Shown one piece after another: positions 48,798-58,747 of a DNA stretch of 64,000 nucleotides. The DNA comes from a virus (Duplodnaviria; Caudoviricetes), in IMG/VR virus record IMGVR_UViG_2833436851_000001, positions 1 to 64,000 of that record; one strand, given 5' to 3'. Both the position numbers and the translations under genes were made by a program. Numbering within the stretch: the first letter of the stretch is position 1; the number at the start of each line of letters is the position of its first letter. Below the pieces are notes generated by a model. That model had not been told where the DNA came from. It saw nothing but the letters and a program-made list of their open reading frames with translations, and did no database searches.

Positions 48798-49253
48798 CTA
48801 AATAGTATCCCCGTCACCGATCTGGATATCAAAGGGATTGAGGTCGAATTCATGCACGATATTGGTATCGTCCTGCTGGCTCTCCATGCCGTCCTCGCTG
48901 AAGATACAGCCTTTCAGCGTGACGGTGGTGGTCGTCCAGTCATCGCTGGCCATCGGGTTGGCGAACGAGATGATCAGATCGAACTCTCCGATGTCCATCA
49001 GACTGCCGTAGGTCGAGCGCAGGGTTTGCTGCGTGGCATAGTCCATCGTGATGCTCGCCGTGTAGGAGATGTTTCCGAAACCCCGGCTGACCGGTTTTCC
49101 GCCCAGACCGTAGTTGGGCTCGATTTTGCGTTTCTTGCTCCATTTGATACCCGAAACGCCTTCGAGTACAGTGGAGCCTTCCTCGATTCCCAGAGCCGTA
49201 CTGGCTAAGGTAATCATCGACCAAGAGTATGCGACGTTGTTTATAATTGCCAT
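48798..49253 (-). CDS. Tail tube protein
   Basis: 151 aa directly after the sheath; INNVAYSW, YGLGGKPVSRGFG. Confidence 0.8.
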   Translation of the reverse strand: MAIINNVAYSWSMITLASTALGIEEGSTVLEGVSGIKWSKKRKIEPNYGLGGKPVSRGFGNISYTASITMDYATQQTLRSTYGSLMDIGEFDLIISFANPMASDDWTTTTVTLKGCIFSEDGMESQQDDTNIVHEFDLNPFDIQIGDGDTI

Positions 49254-49261
49254 GTTTACAT

Positions 49262-50605
49262 CTATTTAGCGGTTAGTGATAAGCCTTCCTCGACATAGAT
49301 TTTCACGGCCACGCCGACGGGTACGATGACGTAGCTGATGCGCAGCGTATCGTCCACCAGTACGTTCTGGTTAGGGTCGATGGTCACGGCATAGCCGCTG
49401 ATCTCCTGCGCTGCCTGCATCTTGGCCAGTATGTCACCGATCAGGGTCTTGAAGGCCGTAATCTTTGAGGGTGCGAGAAAGCCCGTTGCAGGGTTCACCA
49501 TCAGAGGGCTGTGCAGATACGGCAGCAAGGCTTCGCGCACGGCACGGCGGCTCTTGTTGATGGTACGGTTGCGGGCGATGGTGCGGTAGTCCCCGTTGGA
49601 GCAGGTCTGGTCTTTGGAGATGTAAATGCCGTTCTCCCGACCCGAATACTTGATGGGGAAAATGTATCCCTTGTCATCCAGCTCGTCCAGCAACACCGGC
49701 GAGAGGGATTCGTACAGGTTGGTCGATACGAACTCATCTTCGGCATCGAGCGTGAGGTCTCCGAACCCGAGCTCAATCTGCTGGAAGTCGTCGGCAAAGA
49801 GGTTGAACTGACGCACCCAGGCGATGGACTCGTGAACGCTCGCCTTGGCAAGAGCGCCCATGACAGCACCCAGAAAACCGACCGGCGTATGGTTCGGGTT
49901 GCGGTACTGGATTGTCGTGTTCTGGTCGTTTCGTGCCTGGCCGAAGATGACGCTGGTACGCGACGATTCACAGATAGCCGACGGAATGCGGTTCAGGTCG
50001 ATGACCTTCGCCTCTTCCGTATCGCCACCCGTGTTGGCGGGGTTGGCACACAGCACCACTGACAGGGGCTGGTTCAGCTCGGCCAGAGCCACCGCCTTGT
50101 CGTTGATGCCTTTGACGAGGTTCAGGTTGTATTTCTCCTGCTCGCCGTTGAGTTTCCACAGCGGCTGCTCGGTCCAGATGCCCACCTGCGAGATGAGCCC
50201 GTCTGCGGCACGCTGCATCACATCGAGGGCGTCCCAGTTCTCGGAGCAGTCCGCGAACATGACGTACAGCCGGCCCGGTCCGTCGATGTTGCCGCTCATG
50301 CGGAAGAACTCGCGGATGTGGTAGGCCGGAATGCCGAACAGGAAGTTTTCGTTCGTCTCTTCGTCAAGGTCGCACGCGACACGTTCCTTGATGCCGAAGT
50401 CCTGCACGGAGGATTTACGGCTGGTGATGCAGATGACATCGCCCAGTGCCACGTTCGCCTCGTTGCTTTTCCCGTAGCCGGCGGTAAAGAGGTCGGGCTG
50501 TCCCGATACGTCGAACAGCAGGCCCGTGATTTTCTCGTTGCTTGCGGATGCGGCATACGGCAGATTGCCGTCCACATCCTTGATGATTACATTGCCTAAT
50601 GCCAT
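49262..50605 (-). CDS. Contractile tail sheath protein
   Basis: DYRTIARNRTINKSRRAVR, AQEISGYAVTIDPNQNV, IVPVGVAVKI sheath C-terminus. Confidence 0.85.
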   Translation of the reverse strand: MALGNVIIKDVDGNLPYAASASNEKITGLLFDVSGQPDLFTAGYGKSNEANVALGDVICITSRKSSVQDFGIKERVACDLDEETNENFLFGIPAYHIREFFRMSGNIDGPGRLYVMFADCSENWDALDVMQRAADGLISQVGIWTEQPLWKLNGEQEKYNLNLVKGINDKAVALAELNQPLSVVLCANPANTGGDTEEAKVIDLNRIPSAICESSRTSVIFGQARNDQNTTIQYRNPNHTPVGFLGAVMGALAKASVHESIAWVRQFNLFADDFQQIELGFGDLTLDAEDEFVSTNLYESLSPVLLDELDDKGYIFPIKYSGRENGIYISKDQTCSNGDYRTIARNRTINKSRRAVREALLPYLHSPLMVNPATGFLAPSKITAFKTLIGDILAKMQAAQEISGYAVTIDPNQNVLVDDTLRISYVIVPVGVAVKIYVEEGLSLTAK

Positions 50606-50617
50606 ATAGCCTGCGTG

Positions 50618-50914
50618 TTATGATTTATAATAGGGATTCTTGTAGAGGATGGCCTTGCCCCGGATGGCCGGAGCGGTCTGCGGCGTGTACATGCTGCCAT
50701 CGGCATCGATGTAGAGTTCCTTGTAGTCGGGGAACTTGCCGAGGATGGCCAACGCGGCGGCAGGAATCTCGGCCGCCGCTTTCGGCGCCTGTTCTTTCTT
50801 CGGGGATTTCTCGGTCGCCGTATCTTTCTCTCCGGTCGTTGTCGTAGGTGCTGCGACTGTCGCATCCGGCTGGGCGGTATCTGTTTCAGGAATGGTCGTT
50901 TGAGTCTTTGCCAT
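50618..50914 (-). CDS. Hypothetical virion-associated protein
   Basis: 98 aa, Thr/Ala/Pro-rich N-terminus, between capsid and sheath. Confidence 0.6.
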   Translation of the reverse strand: MAKTQTTIPETDTAQPDATVAAPTTTTGEKDTATEKSPKKEQAPKAAAEIPAAALAILGKFPDYKELYIDADGSMYTPQTAPAIRGKAILYKNPYYKS

Positions 50915-50930
50915 AGATATTGCGGTATGA

Positions 50931-50962
50931 AAAAGGGGGATGGAGTATGGTGTCCATCCCCC
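50931..50962 (-). terminator. Terminator after the capsid gene
   Basis: GGGGGATGGA...TCCATCCCCC with a T-run on the minus strand. Confidence 0.7.
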
Positions 50963-50993
50963 GCACGTTGATATTCGGTGATTCGGTAAAGGG

Positions 50994-52043
50994 TTATGCC
51001 GTTTTGGTGTAGGCCGTATGGACGACGATCTCGGCAGGCTTGACGATGTTCACGTCCATCTTCATGCGCATCTGGAAGAAGAAGAGCTCCGAGTTGGATT
51101 GCAGACGGTCCACCTTCAGGACTTCGGCGTCGTTGGCGTAATCTACGCCCATCCACAGGTTGGAGTCCATTCCCGACGTGAAGTTGCCCATGACGATGGT
51201 GTGTTCCGGCACGCCCGTAATCGGAATGATACGCTTGCCCTTGAAGCGGTAGCGGTTCACCTCGCTGTTCTCGGAGTATTTCACCATCTTGTCGGTGATA
51301 TACTGGTCGTAGGCGTCCCACGCTTCCCAGCCCATGACGATGCTCAGGCCCGAGCGCTTGCGGATCTGCTTGGGACATTTCCGCCACATCGAGTAGAGGG
51401 CTGCCTCGACCGCAGCGCCGTCCTTGAGCTCGGTCGTACCGGAGACGATGCACTGGCCGCCTGCAACGGTCTGGGCATCGGTGGCGTTCACGTTGTCGAT
51501 GATACGCTTGATGACCCCGTCGAAGTATTTCTCCTTACCGGCTCCGATCTGCACGGCACCGGCGGGAGCCGTGATACCTGCGGCGGCCGCACCGCCCTTG
51601 GCCGAAGTCCAGATGGCATTGCCGATGAACTCGTTTTTCTTGTCCATCAGAAGGCGCAGCATCGTGGCCTGCAACTTGGGGTCGAGCTCGCGGAAGACGA
51701 GGTTGCCCGTCGGCTGTGCGAATTTCCAGTACGCCTCGAAATCGCGCGGGTTGAATTCGAGGTAAACCATGAACTCGGCGGGTTCGAGGTGGCGTTCCGT
51801 GAACTGGTATTCGTTCTCGCCGTTCTCACCTTTGGCCCCGTGCGAACTCTGGGGCGTAGGTACGTTGTCCTGAATGATGTCTCCCAGCCGGATGGCGGGA
51901 AGAGTGTACTTGTGCTGGATGCCGGACTTGATGTGGATCAGCCCCTCACGAAAGGTGTCGTTGCCCTGCGCCGTATAGGAGAGCAGGTCTTCCAATACCT
52001 CTCCGGCATAGCCGTTCTGTAAGAAAGTTACTGTATCTGCCAT
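50994..52043 (-). CDS. Major capsid protein (probable)
   Basis: 349 aa from MADTVTF, after protease/scaffold, followed by a terminator. Confidence 0.75.
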   Translation of the reverse strand: MADTVTFLQNGYAGEVLEDLLSYTAQGNDTFREGLIHIKSGIQHKYTLPAIRLGDIIQDNVPTPQSSHGAKGENGENEYQFTERHLEPAEFMVYLEFNPRDFEAYWKFAQPTGNLVFRELDPKLQATMLRLLMDKKNEFIGNAIWTSAKGGAAAAGITAPAGAVQIGAGKEKYFDGVIKRIIDNVNATDAQTVAGGQCIVSGTTELKDGAAVEAALYSMWRKCPKQIRKRSGLSIVMGWEAWDAYDQYITDKMVKYSENSEVNRYRFKGKRIIPITGVPEHTIVMGNFTSGMDSNLWMGVDYANDAEVLKVDRLQSNSELFFFQMRMKMDVNIVKPAEIVVHTAYTKTA

Positions 52044-52175
52044 TGTGTTAGTGATTTTCTGGGTTAGAATCTCGGCCGCGAACAGGGAGCATCGACTCAA
52101 AGCGGTAAACCACTTCCGGCAAATCAGTTTATGTGTATCAAGGTGGCGGGATGGTACGTCTCCCGTCGGACGGGG

Positions 52176-52721
52176 TTATTGTAGTTTCTTGAACTGGAAG
52201 TCTTTGCCCACGACGGCTTCGACCTGCTCGGCCATCTTCTGACCGGCACTCTTCAGGGCGTCGGCGGCCGCTTTGGCGTTGTCGGGGTCGGTGGCGATCT
52301 GCTCGCTGATTTTCTCGCGGGCGGGAATCGAACCGATGGTGTCCTGCACCAACTGAAAGTTCGTGGCTGCCATCTCTTTCCAGCCGGACACCGCATCCGC
52401 CTCGATCTTGCCTTCGTCCACGGCTTTCTGCAAGAAGCTCTGGATGGCACTCGCTTTGGCATCGGCCTCTTTCTGCTCATAGACCTGCAACCGGGCGGTT
52501 ATGCTGTCGAGGTCTTTCTGGAGATTGCCGATGGTGGCGTCCTTGCCGGCAATCACGGTTTTGGCGTCGCTCAGGGCTTTGTTCGCCTCGGCCAGCCGGG
52601 CTTCCACACCGGTCAGCTCCGTAATGCGGGAGAGCACGTCTTTGACCTCGTTCTTCTCCTGCATACCGAGTGAGGCGACCACCGCGCTGTATTCCGGGGA
52701 TAATGTTTTCTCTTCGTTCAT
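52176..52721 (-). CDS. Nested in-frame scaffold protein (181 aa)
   Basis: Internal ATG (MNEEKTLS) with an A-rich upstream region and its own phage promoter motif at 52746-52775. Confidence 0.6.
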   Translation of the reverse strand: MNEEKTLSPEYSAVVASLGMQEKNEVKDVLSRITELTGVEARLAEANKALSDAKTVIAGKDATIGNLQKDLDSITARLQVYEQKEADAKASAIQSFLQKAVDEGKIEADAVSGWKEMAATNFQLVQDTIGSIPAREKISEQIATDPDNAKAAADALKSAGQKMAEQVEAVVGKDFQFKKLQ

Positions 52722-53432
52722 GGATCTGTGATTAAGTTTCGTATTAAGAATAGTGGTTTTCTCGTCCGACGGGTGATTTCCCTCTTTGGGTGGTGTGATG
52801 CGGTTCATGACCGCCTGTATGGCCGCCGCGTCCGTGATACCCGACAGGTCGGCACGCACCTTGTCCCGGAGCTGCTTGCTGGTCCTCAGCACATGGCTTT
52901 CGGGGATGATGCCCGCCTTTACGGCAGCCGCAGCATCGAAGAATGTCCCGTCCTGCCCGGCAGCCCCGTCCATGATGGCCCGGACCTTTTCGCGGCTCAA
53001 CCCGAACCGCTTGCGGTAGATGGTCTCGATCTGCGTCGTGAAGGCTTTGACCATCTCGGACGGTTCCCCGTCGTTTTCGTCAGGCAGGAACGGGTTGTGA
53101 ATCATCAGGATGCCGTAATCGCGCATGAACGACTTGTCCCCGGCAGCCCAGATGACGGAGCCCATCGAGGCGGCCATGCCTTCGATGACGCATTCGGTAG
53201 GCACCGAGGCGTTCTGGATGGCGGCATAGACCGTCATGCCGTGCAGTACCGAACCGCCCTCCGAGTTGATGAGCACTCGGATAAGGGACGGACGCACGAT
53301 GTTCTCCAAAAAGTCGAATGCCTCGCTGAAACGTCCGGCACTCTCTTCTGTGATGCGGCCGAAGAAGCGGATGGAAGCCGGACGTCCGGCACCCGACTGA
53401 CAGACGATATGTTCAAAAGTTTCCGTGTTCAT
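52176..53432 (-). CDS. ClpP-like prohead protease fused to a scaffold domain
   Basis: INSEGGSV, GMAASMGS, LMIHNP; coiled-coil C-terminus. Confidence 0.88.
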   Translation of the reverse strand: MNTETFEHIVCQSGAGRPASIRFFGRITEESAGRFSEAFDFLENIVRPSLIRVLINSEGGSVLHGMTVYAAIQNASVPTECVIEGMAASMGSVIWAAGDKSFMRDYGILMIHNPFLPDENDGEPSEMVKAFTTQIETIYRKRFGLSREKVRAIMDGAAGQDGTFFDAAAAVKAGIIPESHVLRTSKQLRDKVRADLSGITDAAAIQAVMNRITPPKEGNHPSDEKTTILNTKLNHRSMNEEKTLSPEYSAVVASLGMQEKNEVKDVLSRITELTGVEARLAEANKALSDAKTVIAGKDATIGNLQKDLDSITARLQVYEQKEADAKASAIQSFLQKAVDEGKIEADAVSGWKEMAATNFQLVQDTIGSIPAREKISEQIATDPDNAKAAADALKSAGQKMAEQVEAVVGKDFQFKKLQ

Positions 53433-53474
53433 CTTTTCCTTTGGGTAAGAATAGCTTCGCTCGCGTGAAATGGT

Positions 53475-54275
53475 TTATAATCCGCTTTCGGAGCCGTTCG
53501 GGACATCCTCGGCAGGCTTTTCCTCTTCAGGTTCTTTTTCATCCTCCTCCGGCAGGTCCGGCACATCTACCGACGGCTCGAATCCCGTAACCTGTTCGTA
53601 AACCGGTTCGGCATGGTGTCCGTGTCCTGCCGTGTCATGCTGCGGAGCATCGGTATGCTGCGTGAAAGGCGGCATGACCAGATAGCGTTCTACCCAGTTC
53701 CGGTATTTCCAGGCGGAGGATTCCCGGAACCAGACCTCGTAATCCACCCAGTACGCCTGCAACATGTTGGTTGTCATCGGCATGTCGAAGTAAAGGAGAT
53801 TGCATCGCTCCGTGAGTGCCGGTTCATGGCTTTTGGCATCCTGAATGGCGACGTTCAACCGCTGGAAAACGATGAACGGGTCGCATTCCCGCTCCGGGTC
53901 GGTGTGGTTGAGCGTATTGAGGATGAAGCGGATGCGCATGGTGGCGCGGCCCTCGCCGATACGTTGCTGCTGCACGAGGTAGCGCACGTTCACGAAGCGG
54001 ATGAAGATGGCAGGAAAGGCGATTTCCATTTCCAGATTTTCGCTGCGCACGATTCGGGAGAACTGTCCCGTGTCGATCATGATGGTCTTGAAAAATGGCG
54101 GACTTTGCGGCTCTTCCGGATGCTCCCGCAGTGTGAGGATGGCACGGCGGACAGCCTGATACATGTTCACGAACGGATTCTCCGATACCTGTTCGGGCAC
54201 GGCGACCGCAGGTTGTTCCGCTCTCGGAGCGGAACCGTTTACGGGTGGATTATATGGCTTCTTGTCTTTTATCAT
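53475..54275 (-). CDS. Hypothetical head-tail joining/tail completion protein
   Basis: FPAIFIRF motif; synteny. Confidence 0.5.
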   Translation of the reverse strand: MIKDKKPYNPPVNGSAPRAEQPAVAVPEQVSENPFVNMYQAVRRAILTLREHPEEPQSPPFFKTIMIDTGQFSRIVRSENLEMEIAFPAIFIRFVNVRYLVQQQRIGEGRATMRIRFILNTLNHTDPERECDPFIVFQRLNVAIQDAKSHEPALTERCNLLYFDMPMTTNMLQAYWVDYEVWFRESSAWKYRNWVERYLVMPPFTQHTDAPQHDTAGHGHHAEPVYEQVTGFEPSVDVPDLPEEDEKEPEEEKPAEDVPNGSESGL

Positions 54276-54853
54276 GGGTTGGGAAAGGGAAATCCCCGGA
54301 ACAGAATGGGGATAAACAATTGGTTGACGGTATGATTCAATTTCGGGCTGATGCCGATAAACTGCCGATGTTCGGGCCGGCGGCTGCTATATTGGTTGAC
54401 CGTGTAGAGTCCCAACGCCGGATCAGTGTTGTGGACAGCGGCGTAGCTCTTGGAAGCGCCGCGTTTGCCCGGCTGCTTGAAATTGCTCGCTTGGGTCCGA
54501 ATGGCGTAACGGGCTCCTCGGCGGAAAATCTTCTTCCGCTCACCGTAGCCGCGCTGGGTAATGTTGGTGTGGTCCATACGGTCGGCTTCCCCGGTGATGG
54601 AGCGCGACAAGGTTCCGGTGTCGTTCATCACGGGATGGGTGAAGCGTCGGCCCCAGCGGGATTTGCGTTCCGGCCACGGCTTGCCGCTGCCGTAAAAACC
54701 GCCTTCGGCGAAACTGGTGCGGAACCGACTTATGGAGTATTCGCCGGCCTTTGTCACGAAGTCGTGGGTGTTGAACTCCATCTTGTTAGGCAAATACCGG
54801 CCGTTGCCTTTCGGCGCCCACTGCTCGCAGAATTGTTCAAGGGTGATTCTCAT
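54272..54853 (-). CDS. Virion morphogenesis protein (Mu gpG-like)
   Basis: KPWPERK, DTGTLSRSI, YAAVHN, RQFIG. Confidence 0.75.
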   Translation of the reverse strand: MRITLEQFCEQWAPKGNGRYLPNKMEFNTHDFVTKAGEYSISRFRTSFAEGGFYGSGKPWPERKSRWGRRFTHPVMNDTGTLSRSITGEADRMDHTNITQRGYGERKKIFRRGARYAIRTQASNFKQPGKRGASKSYAAVHNTDPALGLYTVNQYSSRRPEHRQFIGISPKLNHTVNQLFIPILFRGFPFPNP

Positions 54854-54855
54854 GG

Positions 54856-56163
54856 CTACGGATTGGTATCGGTTTGTTTTACGCCACGGGGATGACCGTA
54901 GCGTTTGTAATATTCCTCGTCCGACATGATGCCCCGGTCGGATGAGCTTCCACCGACTGCCACACTGCCTCCGCCACCCATGCCGGGTATCACATTGAGC
55001 TGCTTGCCCACGACGATGCCGAACTCTTTCTCTATTTCATCCGCCGCCACCTCGTACTTGTCCGTGATGAGCGAGTAGAGCTTAATACGGTCTTCGTTAT
55101 TCATGTCGATGCGGTTGGAATACTTGAATTCCAGTCCGGCGGGGATATAGCCCATCGCCACGAGCCGGGGGATGATCTGCTCGTTCATCACGTTCTCGAT
55201 ATAGCGGCGATATACCTCGATGCGGTCGCGGAAGATGTCCTGATGCGCCTTGGTGGAGCCGACATACGACTGCATGCCTCCGGCCATCGATTCGGAGCCG
55301 AGAATAAGGTTCGAGACCTCCTTGTTGGCGAACTGAATCAGTCCGGTATATATCTTCTCGCTGTTGGACATGGTGAAGGTCTTGATATCAACTTCATCCT
55401 CCAGCCCCGTTACGATGATCTTATTCTGAGCCGCATTGGAGATGTCCTGTGCCAGACGCTTGCGGTCCATATTGTTTTCACTGACGGTCTTTCCGTGAAT
55501 AACCGGCTGACCATACGAATGACTGAAATTCAAATAGTTAGCAACCGTAAACTTTTTGGCGAGAATCAGCGGCGTCGTGGCCGAGAAAAGCCCGAGATCT
55601 CCCGTCTTGATGAGCACATAACGCTTCCGGTAGGCGGCCGAGTGAATGTCCCAGTGCGGCAGCCACAGTCCTTGCCGTTTGACGACAATGCCCTGTTCGG
55701 GTAGGACGTTGCGGCGTTCGATACTGTTTACCTCCTTCAGCCGTCCCGTCTCAGGATCGGTATCGGGCATGATTTCCAGCAGCGTATAGCCGTAGAGCTT
55801 GGCCTCGATGATGCCTCGGATGATTTTGTCGAACTGAGAACCCTGTATCTTCTGGCTCTCTTTCACATCCTTGACGTATTTGCCCTTGTCGTTCAAACGG
55901 GCGAGCATATAGCGGTCTCCGAGTATCTGGCTTTCGAGTGTCTCGATGACCGCGCGGATGTGCGCATCCTGTTGCAGGCACGCATCGTACAGGTCGATCA
56001 GACGCGCCCGGTCGTCGAGGATGGTTCCCAGCAGCATGTTCGAGCGCACCGAACGGTAGCGGTTGTGCCGTTCGATTTCCCGCACGTATTCCTGAATCGT
56101 TTTTTTCGACGTGTGGAATATGCTTTCGAGCAATTCGCGGTTAAATGTTCCTTCTTCCTGCAT
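54856..56163 (-). CDS. Portal protein (Mu gp29/DUF935-like)
   Basis: LYDACLQQDAHI, YGYTLLE, YGQP, NKEVSNLILG; heads the morphogenesis operon. Confidence 0.8.
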   Translation of the reverse strand: MQEEGTFNRELLESIFHTSKKTIQEYVREIERHNRYRSVRSNMLLGTILDDRARLIDLYDACLQQDAHIRAVIETLESQILGDRYMLARLNDKGKYVKDVKESQKIQGSQFDKIIRGIIEAKLYGYTLLEIMPDTDPETGRLKEVNSIERRNVLPEQGIVVKRQGLWLPHWDIHSAAYRKRYVLIKTGDLGLFSATTPLILAKKFTVANYLNFSHSYGQPVIHGKTVSENNMDRKRLAQDISNAAQNKIIVTGLEDEVDIKTFTMSNSEKIYTGLIQFANKEVSNLILGSESMAGGMQSYVGSTKAHQDIFRDRIEVYRRYIENVMNEQIIPRLVAMGYIPAGLEFKYSNRIDMNNEDRIKLYSLITDKYEVAADEIEKEFGIVVGKQLNVIPGMGGGGSVAVGGSSSDRGIMSDEEYYKRYGHPRGVKQTDTNP

Positions 56164-56435
56164 TTTTTTCGGGTTTCAAAAAGAATAGTTTGATCCCGAA
56201 AAAATGGGTTATCTGCCCCCTTCAGACCATACGAACAAATCGGCTCCAATATGTTCGGTTTACCATACAAAATAGGCGGACGGTTACTTATAGATTTTTG
56301 GCCTGTTTTTGCACTCGAAATGCGATTGTAAATACCTATGAATGAATTATTAACGATAAAATTTATCGGCAAATTTATAGTCAAAATCGAGCCGAAAAGT
56401 ATATATTTGCCTGCAAAATTCAATATTTTGAGAAA

Positions 56436-56876
56436 ATGAGAAGAATAGAAAATCATCAAGGGTTCAGACTTCGGTTCGGCGAGTTTCCGGATTTGCTGTT
56501 CGTCGTCACTGATACCCGGACTTATTTTGACATGACACACTTCCTGCAATCCATGAAGCTGGACCCGGAAGAAAAGATTGCTGAATTTACCACAGGATTC
56601 GCCTTGTGGATAGACCATCTGGGCAAGATGTACGGCATACCGCCGGACGAACGCTTCGCCGTTGATACCGCTACGGGGCACTCTCTGGCGGAAGAATCTT
56701 TCGCCCTGCCGTTCCTCTGCTGTGTTGATCCCGTATTCGGGGTGTACCTGCTGGACAACATGTCGCAGATGCTGTTGACCGGAATCGCGTGTTCAGACTC
56801 CTACATCCTAATGCAGGCGCAGCAGCGGTTTACCCATGAAGAACTGCTTTCCACCCCAAACACCGATGAGCTATGA
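56436..56876 (+). CDS. Hypothetical protein
   Basis: 146 aa; TATATTTG -7 box at 56402-56409. Confidence 0.65.
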   Translation: MRRIENHQGFRLRFGEFPDLLFVVTDTRTYFDMTHFLQSMKLDPEEKIAEFTTGFALWIDHLGKMYGIPPDERFAVDTATGHSLAEESFALPFLCCVDPVFGVYLLDNMSQMLLTGIACSDSYILMQAQQRFTHEELLSTPNTDEL

Positions 56877-57256
56877 AAACGAAAGGTCCATTTTTACCGT
56901 CGAAGCAGTTGCTGGTCTTCAACGGAGCGTATGTACTCATCGCCGTGGTGCGCTCGCTGCACAGCGCGGCGGATTTTTCAGGCATCAACCTCCAAAGCAT
57001 ATCGTTCTCCTGTACCGGGAAGTATGTAGCCACTGGAGGCTTCTATTTCCGACATGCGCACCCCGATGTGCAAATCGACCTGTCGGACCTCGACAACCTG
57101 ACATTGCAGGAATACGACCGCCTTTGCGGTGTGGAGCGCCGCTATTTCACCGTGCGGGAGATCGCCCACAAGCGACAGGCGTATGAGGAACGGCGCAAGG
57201 AGTTCCGGAAATTCTGTAAACAACGTGATTTAGAAGAGAAAGAGAATGAAAAATAA
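56873..57256 (+). CDS. NUMOD1-like HTH DNA-binding protein
   Basis: SLHSAADFSGINLQSISFSCTG...GGFYFR; paralogue of 59192-59557. Confidence 0.6.
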   Translation: MKTKGPFLPSKQLLVFNGAYVLIAVVRSLHSAADFSGINLQSISFSCTGKYVATGGFYFRHAHPDVQIDLSDLDNLTLQEYDRLCGVERRYFTVREIAHKRQAYEERRKEFRKFCKQRDLEEKENEK

Positions 57257-57262
57257 TACAAG

Positions 57263-58747
57263 ATGAAAAGCAATGCGATACTATGTGAAGAGTACCCGGT
57301 CAGGGTGCTGTTCAACGATGACAAAACCTTGGCATGGGTAAACCTCCATGACCTCTGCAAAGTATTGGGGCGCGAGGAGATGTTGACCGACAAGGCGGCT
57401 ATCCGCCAGTTGCCCTCCAGTATTCAGATTCCGTTCCGCAAGAAAGGACGCGAGATGTGGGCCATCAGCCCTTACGACGTCTATAAGCTGATCCGGCCCA
57501 TGCGGCGCGAAAACTCCATCGCGGCAAAGAAGTGCGCCGCAGTGGAGACGTGGCTGAACGAACTGCTCGAAGACGCGGCCATACAGTCTGCCAAAGCGAC
57601 GCGACCCGCACAGCAGGAAGACGTGGTGTTCAGCTATCAGGACCATCCGATCTCTTTTCGTGCTGCGAACAATAAGATGATGATAAACGCCACGCAGATG
57701 GCCCGCAGCTTCGGAGTTTTGCCCGCAGAGATACTGCGCAAGGCGGATTTCGTCCGCTATCGCCAACATCTGGTCGAGAAGGGCATCTCGGAAAGCCTCG
57801 ACAGCCAGATTTTTACCACGCGCGGCCGTAACAACGGGGCGACATGGATCGATGAAGAGCTGGCGATGGAGTTCGCCCGGCAGTTGTCGCCGGAGTTCTC
57901 GCAATGGTGCAACACGAAAATCAACGAACTGATGACACGGGGCTATGTCACATTGGAACCCAGACCCGAAAGCGGCATGGGCACTACCGAGAATCTGCCC
58001 GTGCCGCAAAGCCTCGACGAGGCGCAGCAGTTGATTGTCGCCCAACGCCACGAAATACACCTGCAACAGGAACGCATCGAAGCCGATTCCTACAAGGTGG
58101 AGTTTTACGACAACCTGATCGAGGGTCGGGACTTCTATTCGACGACATGGCTCGCGCAGGAGCTCAATACGACACCCCGGCAGTTGCACCAGTTCCTTGC
58201 CGAGAAAGGCATCTGCAAGTTCTCGAAAAACCAGTGGATAGCCTTCCTGCCATACCGAAGCTGGCAAATCGACATGCCGTATTACTGGAATAACCTGCGC
58301 ACCGGCAAGTGCTACGCGGCAGGAACACGGAAACGATGGAGCAAGATCGGCCGTGACCAGATTCTTGAACTCTGGAACAGGGAACCGCCTAAACGTCCAG
58401 AGCTGCCGTCCGGACGCCGTAGGGTGGAAAACCCGTACAGCCATCTGACGGAAGGCGTGGATTATTTCACACCCACACAACTCGCCCGGGAAATCGGTAT
58501 CTCAGCCAACCGAATGAGTCAGTTTTTGGAAAATAGCGGCATTTGTCAGTTCGAGAAGAGGCAATGGGCTGTCCTGCCTGAATATCGGGAATGGCAAATC
58601 GACGTGCCGTACTACTGGACGAATCCCAAAACTCAGAAACGATGGGCATTCGGTACCCGTAAGCGGTGGTCACTACTCGGCAGGGAAAAAATCATCGAAT
58701 TGTGGAACAAACGAAATGCCGAACAACAACCGGAAGAGACAGCATGA
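57263..58747 (+). CDS. Antirepressor-like protein: BRO-N-like, KilA-N and two KilAC/ANT-like domains
   Basis: WVNLHDLCKVLG; MINATQMARSFG...GATWIDEELAMEFARQLSPEFSQWC; duplicated C-terminal domain. Confidence 0.8.
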   Translation: MKSNAILCEEYPVRVLFNDDKTLAWVNLHDLCKVLGREEMLTDKAAIRQLPSSIQIPFRKKGREMWAISPYDVYKLIRPMRRENSIAAKKCAAVETWLNELLEDAAIQSAKATRPAQQEDVVFSYQDHPISFRAANNKMMINATQMARSFGVLPAEILRKADFVRYRQHLVEKGISESLDSQIFTTRGRNNGATWIDEELAMEFARQLSPEFSQWCNTKINELMTRGYVTLEPRPESGMGTTENLPVPQSLDEAQQLIVAQRHEIHLQQERIEADSYKVEFYDNLIEGRDFYSTTWLAQELNTTPRQLHQFLAEKGICKFSKNQWIAFLPYRSWQIDMPYYWNNLRTGKCYAAGTRKRWSKIGRDQILELWNREPPKRPELPSGRRRVENPYSHLTEGVDYFTPTQLAREIGISANRMSQFLENSGICQFEKRQWAVLPEYREWQIDVPYYWTNPKTQKRWAFGTRKRWSLLGREKIIELWNKRNAEQQPEETA

